Shown here piece by piece: positions 1 through 6,486 of a DNA stretch of 16,121 nucleotides (its first letter is position 1; each line of letters opens with the position of its first letter). The position numbers and the translations under genes were made by a program. Origin of the DNA: an uncultured Victivallales bacterium (lineage in GTDB: Bacteria; Verrucomicrobiota; Kiritimatiellia; UBA8416); contig CAZRCN010000019.1 of NCBI GenBank assembly GCA_964598575.1, positions 1-16,121 on the forward strand, written 5' to 3'. Below the pieces are notes generated by a model, which searched no databases, was not told the origin of the DNA, and saw nothing but the letters and a program-made list of their open reading frames with translations.

Positions 1-98
1 TCACAAACCGGCCATCAGAATGCAAGCGATAATGAGGGGAGAGCACGGGGAGTGCGGTTCTCAAATGTAACTGACTGATAGTACGGTGAATCGAATAG

Positions 99-207
99 CC
101 AATATCCAACAAGGAATAACCAACTGAACAAGGACTTGAGAATGGTCAGTCAGGCTGAAGTAATGCGCATTTTACTTGGATATGGGATATTCCTTGTTGG
201 CTGTTGG
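99..207. repeat. Imperfect 23-bp inverted repeat (99-121 and 185-207, 20/23 matches, perfect 13-bp core CCAACAAGGAATA / TATTCCTTGTTGG) flanking a 63-bp spacer, inside an AT-rich island. An additional direct AACAAGGA copy lies at 127-134.
   Basis: Read directly. The reverse complement of 99-121 is ggttattccttgttggatattgg; 185-207 is ggatattccttgttggctgttgg. Local GC is about 40% against about 58% for the window. Confidence 0.45.
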
Positions 208-280
208 ACATTGAAACGATTCGACATACATGCTTCAAGCCATTGATAATGAATGTATTACCTTTGTACAGTGCACTCCC

Positions 281-308
281 GTGGGCGTGTGGGCGTACGT
301 GGGTATAC
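281..308. repeat. Short tandem repeat: GTGGGCGT / GTGGGCGTAC / GTGGGTATAC (three units).
   Basis: Read directly at 281-288, 289-298 and 299-308. It lies in the non-coding leader upstream of the 494 CDS, which also contains the direct repeats GCACGTTGC (about 337 and 466) and TGCGGGGCAGA (about 380 and 447). Confidence 0.5.
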
Positions 309-493
309 TGCGGAGGTGGCTCCGGCAAATGGAGCTGCACGTTGCGGATATGCCGGTCTGGGGGAATTGGCAGCAACATTTGCGGGGCAGACTGATACGC
401 ATCCGCGGTTGTTTTCGGCTATCGTGCCGCATGGGAAAACTACCATGCGGGGCAGATGCAGCAGTTGCACGTTGCCGTGCAGGAAAGGAAGGT

Positions 494-1171
494 ATGACGT
501 TGGAAGTTGTCTCGGTTGCCACGAATGTTTTCATGGCGATGATCTGGGTAATCTATCTGCAGAAGTTTATGACGCAATACCGGCGGACGAATCGTCCGGT
601 CCTGATTATCCACCATGCGCAGGGCAATGATCCGTCCGCATTATGTCTTTTTGTGAACATGAGCAAGGAGCCGATACATGTCGTGGGCGTATTTGCGAAT
701 ATGCACGGTTCGAATGGCCATATAAGTCGGCATGTGACGGAGTATCACCGCATGAATCCATACGACCAGAACCTTGAGTCTCATCTGCGCCAGGGGCCGC
801 TCCAGCCGGGGGGGTACCTGGTGCTGGGATCCTTTGAAGATATCATACTGGGGCGGCAGTCTGATCCCGAGGATGATCAAGATGTCGCTACGATGCTTTC
901 AAGCCTACGCGAAATCCACAGCCTGGAAATATGCGTGGCTGCCATCCATGGGCCCAGCAAGCACTATATCGGTGCCCGCAGGCACTTTGCGGTGGAAAAT
1001 GAAGAGGGTGAAGTGGTGCTGCGTGCGCACAGTATCTATACGGAGCAGCTAGTCAACCGCTGGAAACGAAAACTTGTTCGGCAGTGGGCCGAAACGTTGC
1101 TGGAGCCACAACATCGCGGAAAAATGCAAACCCAGCATACCAGCCAGGGAGAAGATGCCGAATCAAACTGA
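494..1171 (+). CDS. Hypothetical protein, 225 aa. It has an N-terminal hydrophobic segment (VVSVATNVFMAMIWVIYL) and an acidic C-terminal tail. I do not recognise the family.
   Basis: The ATG at 494 is preceded by AGGAAAGGAAGG at 481-492. The in-frame extension upstream to 230 is rich in R, C and W, typical of a high-GC non-coding read-through, and has no RBS. Confidence 0.55.
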   Translation: MTLEVVSVATNVFMAMIWVIYLQKFMTQYRRTNRPVLIIHHAQGNDPSALCLFVNMSKEPIHVVGVFANMHGSNGHISRHVTEYHRMNPYDQNLESHLRQGPLQPGGYLVLGSFEDIILGRQSDPEDDQDVATMLSSLREIHSLEICVAAIHGPSKHYIGARRHFAVENEEGEVVLRAHSIYTEQLVNRWKRKLVRQWAETLLEPQHRGKMQTQHTSQGEDAESN

Positions 1172-1270
1172 GCGTGGGGTTGTCAGTTATTACGTCATGG
1201 CACGCCAGAAAATGTCAAACCTTTGCCAGGAAGCGCTTACGTGCGTGTCATTCCGGATAAGCCTTTTGTA

Positions 1271-1858
1271 TCATAGGAATTGCGAACCGATGAAAACATA
1301 GGTGGACAGGGTGAGCAGAAAGGCGAGGAGGGCGAGGAGTCCATCGCGGGCGGTCAGGGACAGCCCGAAGATGGTGAGGACGAGTCCGGCGCTGCTGGCG
1401 GAAAAGAGAATGAACTCCATGAGTGGCAGACTCAGTGCGATGATGATGCAGATGGCGGCAATCACATCAGCGCCGATACCCCGCACAAGAAAGGAAAATC
1501 GGGGTTTCAGCATGCGGTCGATGACCCGGGCTGGTTTACGAAGCCATCGCAGCGACCGGATCAGTTTTTTTCGCCGCACTGTGCGGTCCAATAGCCAACG
1601 CGGCAGCCAAAGGGCCTGCCGCCGAAACAAGATTTGAAGACTGATCAGCAGCGTGAATACGCCCATTGTCGTTGGAACAGTGGGAATGCCACTGAGCGGG
1701 GAAAATAATATGAGTCCCGGCAATAACAGCAGGGTGCCGAACGAACGCGTGCCGACAGCTTCCAGGATGGCTTCTAACGTGACATGTCGCCGAATACCCG
1801 TGGTTTCTGTTGCTATCCGCTCCAGTACTTGCTGCATGTTTTTGGGTTCGTCATTCAT
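1271..1858 (-). CDS. ExoD-family membrane protein (exopolysaccharide synthesis ExoD, PF06055-like), 195 aa.
   Basis: Multi-span hydrophobic protein with the ExoD-like N-terminal motif RSFGTLLLLPGLILFSPLSGIP and LQILFRRQALWLPRWLL. It is convergent with the upstream hypothetical gene. Confidence 0.75.
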   Translation of the reverse strand: MNDEPKNMQQVLERIATETTGIRRHVTLEAILEAVGTRSFGTLLLLPGLILFSPLSGIPTVPTTMGVFTLLISLQILFRRQALWLPRWLLDRTVRRKKLIRSLRWLRKPARVIDRMLKPRFSFLVRGIGADVIAAICIIIALSLPLMEFILFSASSAGLVLTIFGLSLTARDGLLALLAFLLTLSTYVFIGSQFL

Positions 1859-2016
1859 GATTGGAAGCTACTATAGCTGTTAATCTGGCTGTGAACAATT
1901 ATCGATGTAGGGTCTAAGAAAGATCGAACCCTTAAGTCAGTCTCTCCCCTATGGTGTACAGGGGGAGGGTGTGTTTATGGTGATCCACGCGTTTGCGGGT
2001 AGCAGTGCGAAGCGGG

Positions 2017-2073
2017 CATCACGGTGATGTGTGATGCCAGAATCCATAAACATGCCGGCACATCACCGGTCAT
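2017..2073. promoter_or_regulatory. Candidate operator: perfect palindrome CATCAC-G-GTGATG (2017-2029). A further GTGATG follows at 2031-2036 and a CATCACCGGTCAT at 2061-2073, 30-85 bp upstream of the EncFtn start.
   Basis: The palindrome was read directly. Its position in the divergent exoD/encFtn promoter region suggests regulator binding. I cannot assign it to a known box such as Fur, PerR or IdeR. Confidence 0.3.
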
Positions 2074-2102
2074 ACAGTCCGATACAAGAAGGAGAGTGGC
2101 AT

Positions 2103-2462
2103 ATGCCAAGCGCCTATCATGAAGACAACCTGTCCGAAGACGTCAAGGATACACACCGGGCTCTCGTCAGCCTGCAGGAAGAACTGGAGGCGGTGGATTG
2201 GTACAACCAGCGCGCCGATGTGACGACGGATGCGGAGTTGAAAGAGGTCTTGATTCATAATCGCAATGAGGAGATCGAGCATGCGGCCATGCTGCAGGAG
2301 TGGCTCCGTCGCAAGGTGCCCGCCTTTGACGAACAACTGCAAACATACCTCTTCGCGACACTCCCCATTACCGAGGTGGAAGAGGCGGCCGAGGCGGCTG
2401 AAGCCGAAGAGGGTGCGCCCGAAGCCGGAGATGGCTCGCTCGGCATAGGAACCAGTACATAA
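2103..2462 (+). CDS. Encapsulated ferritin-like protein (EncFtn / Flp), the cargo of a family-1 encapsulin. It has a ferritin-like four-helix core with an EEIEH-type metal-binding motif, an Ala/Glu-rich linker, and a C-terminal targeting peptide GSLGIGTST.
   Basis: The protein reads ...LQEELEAVDWYNQRADVTTDAELKEVLIHNRNEEIEHAAMLQEWL...AEAEEGAPEAGDGSLGIGTST. The ATG at 2103 is preceded by AAGGAGAG at 2088-2095. The ORF-track start at 2031 lacks an RBS. The encapsulin gene starts 23 nt downstream. Confidence 0.85.
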   Translation: MPSAYHEDNLSEDVKDTHRALVSLQEELEAVDWYNQRADVTTDAELKEVLIHNRNEEIEHAAMLQEWLRRKVPAFDEQLQTYLFATLPITEVEEAAEAAEAEEGAPEAGDGSLGIGTST

Positions 2463-2485
2463 CAGAGAAAAGAGGAGATACCGTC

Positions 2486-3292
2486 ATGACAGATATGCTA
2501 AGAAGAAACCTTGCCCCCATCACAGCGGAGGCATGGAAGGAAATCGATGAAGAAGCCACCCGTACGTTGCGGACGCATCTTACGGCCCGGAATATCCTGG
2601 GTGTCAATGGTCCACATGGATGGTCACTGGGTGCAATCAATCTAGGCACACTGGATTTGGGTAAGCAAGAGCTAGTGCCTGATGTGGGGTGGGGGATGCG
2701 CAATGTCCTTCCGCTAACGGAAATACGGGTTCCCTTTCTTCTCGATACCTTCGAGTTGGATGATATAACCCGCGGCAGTAAAACACCGGATCTGGATGCG
2801 GTGGACGAAGCCGCGCAGAAGGCGGCGCTTTTTGAAGAAACGGCTATCTATAAGGGCTTTGCGCCAGCCGGTATCCAGGGGATATTGACGGCCAGCGCGC
2901 AAGAGGCTGTATCGCTGTCCGGAAAACCCGAGAATATGATCAAGGCGATCGAGCGAGGCGTGCATGCCCTGCAGCGCAGTGGCATTGCAGGACCGTATGA
3001 ACTGGTGCTCGGCGACGAGCCGTACCAGAAGCTGTATGCAGGAGAGGAAAGCTGCTATCCATTGTATCGCCAAGCAACCGAGATTCTGGGAGGAGGCATC
3101 CATTGGAGCCGGGCCTTGGAGGGCGGTGTGATTGTGAGTGCGCGTGGCGGGGACTTTGAGTTTAGTTGCGGGCAGGATCTCTCGATCGGGTACGCCATGG
3201 TGCAGGAGCAGCAGGTACATCTCTACCTGACCGAATCTTTCACCTTCCGGGTACTCGAACCGGAGGCGGCTGTACCGCTGACGGCGCAGTAG
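2486..3292 (+). CDS. Family-1 encapsulin shell protein (Linocin M18-like, HK97 fold), 268 aa.
   Basis: It is collinear with Thermotoga maritima encapsulin throughout, including the RGGDF, GQDLSIGY and TESFTF blocks at the matching C-terminal positions. The RBS AAGAGGAGA lies 6 nt before the ATG at 2486. Confidence 0.9.
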   Translation: MTDMLRRNLAPITAEAWKEIDEEATRTLRTHLTARNILGVNGPHGWSLGAINLGTLDLGKQELVPDVGWGMRNVLPLTEIRVPFLLDTFELDDITRGSKTPDLDAVDEAAQKAALFEETAIYKGFAPAGIQGILTASAQEAVSLSGKPENMIKAIERGVHALQRSGIAGPYELVLGDEPYQKLYAGEESCYPLYRQATEILGGGIHWSRALEGGVIVSARGGDFEFSCGQDLSIGYAMVQEQQVHLYLTESFTFRVLEPEAAVPLTAQ

Positions 3293-3369
3293 ATCGGAGG
3301 GCGGCTCACCGGGGTTCTGGAGTCGGTCCGTTCCCGGGCCGTAGCAGATGGCTGGCGGGGCAGCGCGTA

Positions 3370-3439
3370 GGATGCGGGACGGAGGGCGTCCTGGTACCAG
3401 ATTGGGATGCGGGACGGAGGGCGTCCGGGTGCAGATTCG
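3370..3439. repeat. Two tandem copies of a 35-bp unit, GGATGCGGGACGGAGGGCGTCC-N-GGT-N-CAGATT, at 3370-3403 and 3405-3439. Each contains a GGACG-GAGGG-CGTCC hairpin (5-bp stem, 5-nt loop). A third CGGAGGGCG motif lies at 3295-3303.
   Basis: Read directly in the 167-bp spacer between the encapsulin stop (3292) and the radical SAM start (3460). The unit length is not a multiple of 3, so it is not a peptide repeat. Confidence 0.5.
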
Positions 3440-3459
3440 AGGTTGGTGGGAGAGATGCG

Positions 3460-4464
3460 ATGAAAGAGGCGATGTTCTGGGAGAAGGAATCGGCGGATAC
3501 GGTTCGCTGCACGTTGTGCTATCAGCGCTGCCGGATCAAACCGGGGGCGCGGGGCATCTGCGGTGTACGTGAAAACCGCGCCGGCGAGCTGGTTACACTT
3601 GTGTATGGGCGTCCCATTTCCATCGCGGTAGATCCCATCGAAAAAAAGCCGTTGTACCATGTCCTACCCGGCAGCACCGCGCTTTCCCTTGGTACCGTGG
3701 GTTGCAATTTTCGGTGTCTGAACTGTCAGAATTGTTCTATTTCGCAGCTTCCGCCTGCTGGGGAGATAGGCGGGCATGAGGGGGTAACGCCTGAAACCAT
3801 TGTCGCTACCGCCAAGGCGAAGGGTTGCGAGAGTATTGCCTACACCTATACCGAGCCGACCATCTTCTTTGAATATGCCTACGATATTGCCAGGCTTGCC
3901 AAGCGCGAAGGCATCAGGAACCTGTTCGTTACAAATGGATATATCATGCCTGAAGCCCTTGAGAAGATGGCGCCCTATCTGGATGCTGCCAATATCGATC
4001 TCAAATTCTTCCGTGATGACCTGTACCGTGAGGTGGCTGGAGCCCGGCTGCAACCGATTCTTGATACGATCCGGCTCTATCACAAGCTGGGGATTTGGAT
4101 CGAAGTCACCACGTTGGTGATTCCCGGTTACAACGATGATGACGAACAGCTCGGCACCATGGCGTCATTCATATCTGACACGGATCCGAGTATACCGTGG
4201 CATCTATCCGCCTTTTTTCCGACCTACAAGCTCACCGATGCCGCCCCGACCCCGCTTGCAACACTGGAAAAGGCCCGAGCCATTGGCCACGCTGCCGGAC
4301 TTCAGCATGTCTACCTCGGAAATGTCCGGGAAGCTGCACATACTATCTGTCCCTCTTGTGGCACGGTGCTGGTAGAACGCCATGGCACGCATGTGCAGAT
4401 GCAGGGTCTGGCAGATAAGCGCTGTTCATCCTGCAAAACCCCAATCGGAGGCGTCTGGACATGA
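3460..4464 (+). CDS. Radical SAM enzyme, PflA-like / AmmeMemoRadiSam-system-type activase, 334 aa. It has an N-terminal Cys cluster (CTLCYQRC), the canonical SAM-cluster motif GCNFRCLNC (C-x3-C-x2-C), and a C-terminal CPSC...CSSC zinc-ribbon-like pair.
   Basis: Motifs were read from the translation, including EKKPLYHVLPGS and the C-x3-C-x2-C cluster. The start is the ATG at 3460 after GGTGGGAGAG. The upstream in-frame stretch 3166-3459 overlaps the encapsulin gene, crosses the tandem repeats and is Gly/Arg-rich, so I treat it as non-coding. Confidence 0.7.
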   Translation: MKEAMFWEKESADTVRCTLCYQRCRIKPGARGICGVRENRAGELVTLVYGRPISIAVDPIEKKPLYHVLPGSTALSLGTVGCNFRCLNCQNCSISQLPPAGEIGGHEGVTPETIVATAKAKGCESIAYTYTEPTIFFEYAYDIARLAKREGIRNLFVTNGYIMPEALEKMAPYLDAANIDLKFFRDDLYREVAGARLQPILDTIRLYHKLGIWIEVTTLVIPGYNDDDEQLGTMASFISDTDPSIPWHLSAFFPTYKLTDAAPTPLATLEKARAIGHAAGLQHVYLGNVREAAHTICPSCGTVLVERHGTHVQMQGLADKRCSSCKTPIGGVWT

Positions 4465-5105
4465 CCTTCAAGGATAGATCTGATGCAGGGCATCAAGTAG
4501 GATTGGCGTTGAAAGCCTATGGTGACAAGGGTCCGCTGGTTCTAGGCATACCACGGGGCGGGGTCGAGGTGGCCTATCAGGCAGCAAGGCTCTGCAACGC
4601 CGACTTTTCCATCCTGATTGTGAGGAAGCTGCCGTTTCCCGATAATCCCGAGGCTGGGTTTGGTGCGCTGGCAGAAGACGGCAGCCTGTATCTTATTCCC
4701 GATGCGGAACGTGCGATACCCCGCTCGGTTGTCGAGAACATTGTCCAGGCACAACGTACGGAAGTCAGGCGGCGCGTCGAGGTGCTGCGTGAGGGGCGGA
4801 AGCTTCCGTCGCTAGCTGGGCGCAACGTGGTGCTGGTCGATGACGGCATTGCAATGGGGTCGACGACGCAAGCGGCGGTCTTGTGTTGCCGCAATCTGCA
4901 TGCGGCCCATATAACGGTGGCAGCACCAGTAGCGTCCCCTCGAGCTGTGGATGCCCTGTATCCCGTTGCGGACCGGGTCATTGCGCTCCATGCCCCCGAC
5001 GCCTTCAGGGCCGTGGCGGCCTTTTACCAAAACTGGTATGACGTTCCCGATGACGAGGTTATTCGTATATTGAGAATGGCAGAGCAAGAAGCACTGCTGC
5101 AATAA
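4461..5105 (+). CDS. Phosphoribosyltransferase-family protein (COG1926-type predicted PRTase), 214 aa. Its PRPP-binding loop is VVLVDDGIAMGSTTQAA.
   Basis: The type-I PRTase signature (hydrophobic-DDG-x-A-x-GST) is present, and the overall layout matches the stand-alone predicted-PRTase family. The ATG at 4461 overlaps the radical SAM TGA at 4462-4464 (ATGA). Confidence 0.75.
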   Translation: MTFKDRSDAGHQVGLALKAYGDKGPLVLGIPRGGVEVAYQAARLCNADFSILIVRKLPFPDNPEAGFGALAEDGSLYLIPDAERAIPRSVVENIVQAQRTEVRRRVEVLREGRKLPSLAGRNVVLVDDGIAMGSTTQAAVLCCRNLHAAHITVAAPVASPRAVDALYPVADRVIALHAPDAFRAVAAFYQNWYDVPDDEVIRILRMAEQEALLQ

Positions 5106-5123
5106 TGAGAAAGGAAGTATAGC

Positions 5124-5690
5124 ATGCAAGTACCACTGGAAATCGCCTTTCGGGATGTATCCCGAACGCCCGAGATCGATCGGCTCATCGAGAAGAAAGT
5201 TGCGCGACTTGAGCAAGTCTGCAACAATCTCATCAGTTGCCGTATTGCGATAGAACAGCCGCAGAAGCATCAGCAGCAGGGCAACCCGTACCGCGTCCGC
5301 ATCGAGATGCATGTCCCACCCAAACATGAGCTCATTGCAAAAAGCAAGCCGGGAGACAATCCGATGCATGAGGGGCTGCATGCTGTGATTACGGACACAT
5401 TCGACACCGCCGAACGCAGACTGCGCAAGCAGATGGGCAAGCTCCAGGGCGAAACAAAGCGTCATCCCGATCAAGAGCCGATGGCCTTCATCGGGAAGAT
5501 CTTCAAGGACGAGGGCTACGGATTTATCTGGGGTATGGATGGCACGGAATATTACTTCCACCGCAATAGTGTGCTGCACGATGCCTTCGATCGGCTCGAA
5601 AAGGGCACGGGAGTCAATTTCGTTCCCGAGAGCGGCGACGAAGGACCCCAGGCTAGCAGCGTTGAAATGATCGACAAGCCATCCCTATAG
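5124..5690 (+). CDS. Fusion of an HPF/RaiA (YfiA-fold ribosome-associated inhibitor) domain with a cold-shock domain, 188 aa.
   Basis: The N-terminal roughly 105 aa match the HPF/RaiA fold (LIEKKVARLEQVCNNLISCRIAIE...YRVRIEMHVPPKHELIAKSK...AVITDTFDTAERRLRK). The C-terminal roughly 65 aa are a cold-shock domain with the FIGKIFKDEGYGFIWGMDGTEYYFHRNSV RNP-like motifs. The RBS AAAGGAAG precedes the ATG at 5124, which is 18 nt after the PRTase stop. Confidence 0.75.
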   Translation: MQVPLEIAFRDVSRTPEIDRLIEKKVARLEQVCNNLISCRIAIEQPQKHQQQGNPYRVRIEMHVPPKHELIAKSKPGDNPMHEGLHAVITDTFDTAERRLRKQMGKLQGETKRHPDQEPMAFIGKIFKDEGYGFIWGMDGTEYYFHRNSVLHDAFDRLEKGTGVNFVPESGDEGPQASSVEMIDKPSL

Positions 5691-5774
5691 TTGATCCAGG
5701 AAATGGGCGCAAGCGGGAGATACGATTACCGCTTGGATAGCAGTTGCCCGTCTGCCATCTGGATGGAAGCCGGC

Positions 5775-6464
5775 TTAGGCTCTTACGCCAAATACACATC
5801 CGACACCGTAGGTGAGCCCCATAGCCAGTGCACCCCAAAACGTCACCCTGATAGCACCGATCATAAGGGGTGCGCCCCCCGTTCGTGCAGCCGCTCCACC
5901 AAGAAACGCCAAAAACACGAGCGATAAGGTTGCAACGGCAGGGATCAGATAGTTGCCTGGCATAGCCCATGCGATAACAAGCGGCAGGGCCGCACCAACG
6001 GTAAAGGAGGCCGCCGACGAGCATGTTGCTAGCACCGGCTGAGCCCTGACAGTTCCCGATATGCCGATGTCATCCCGGGCGTGCGCATCCAGGGGGTCTT
6101 TGGCCATGAGCTGTTCTGCAACTTGTCTGGCCAGAACAGGTTCAACACCCCGATGTTGGTATATCGTTGCAAGCTCATCCTTTTCGGACTCGATGTCGTT
6201 CTCTAATGATTTCTTTTCGAGGTCTAGATCTGCTTTTTCGGTGTCCGATTTAGAACTGACGGACACATACTCGCCAGCCGCCATAGACATGGCCCCAGCA
6301 ACTAATCCCGCAAGACCCGCAAGAAGAATGTTCTCTTGTGCTGCACCTCCAGCCGCAACGCCAATAATAAGACTGGCCGTAGACACGATTCCGTCATTCG
6401 CGCCTAAGACGACTGCACGCAACCACCCCCCGCGTTTCGATCTGTGTCTTGCATGATGGCTCAT
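5775..6464 (-). CDS. VIT1/CCC1-family iron/manganese transporter (vacuolar iron transporter-like).
   Basis: The conserved motif WLRAVVLGANDGIVSTASLIIGVAA is present, with two hydrophobic blocks separated by a charged central loop. The ATG at 6464 is the first Met. The ORF track extends to a TTG at 6503, which would overlap the DUF2267 gene. No strong RBS is visible for either start. Confidence 0.75.
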   Translation of the reverse strand: MSHHARHRSKRGGWLRAVVLGANDGIVSTASLIIGVAAGGAAQENILLAGLAGLVAGAMSMAAGEYVSVSSKSDTEKADLDLEKKSLENDIESEKDELATIYQHRGVEPVLARQVAEQLMAKDPLDAHARDDIGISGTVRAQPVLATCSSAASFTVGAALPLVIAWAMPGNYLIPAVATLSLVFLAFLGGAAARTGGAPLMIGAIRVTFWGALAMGLTYGVGCVFGVRA

Positions 6465-6486
6465 GTGCCTGCACGGGGATATGGGG

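Noticed and set aside
230-493. In-frame N-terminal extension of the 494-1171 gene (ORF track starts at 230)
   Set aside because: The extension is rich in R, C, W and G, typical of a GC-biased non-coding frame. It has no RBS at 230, while a strong AGGAAAGGAAGG sits directly before the ATG at 494. It also overlaps the tandem and direct repeats.
2031-2102. Upstream start (MMPESINMPAHH...) for EncFtn
   Set aside because: It has no RBS. The ATG at 2103 has AAGGAGAG at the correct spacing, and starting there gives an EncFtn of typical length (119 aa).
3166-3459. Long N-terminal extension of the radical SAM ORF
   Set aside because: It overlaps the encapsulin 3' end in another frame, runs through the 35-bp tandem repeats, and is Gly/Arg/Ala-rich. 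The ATG at 3460 (MKEAMFWEK...) has an RBS-like GGTGGGAGAG upstream.
4420-4464. C-terminus of the radical SAM (...CKTPIGGVWT) as an encapsulin targeting peptide
   Set aside because: It has only a weak resemblance to the GSLxIGxL consensus (a single IGG) and no preceding flexible linker. Radical SAM enzymes are not known encapsulin cargo.
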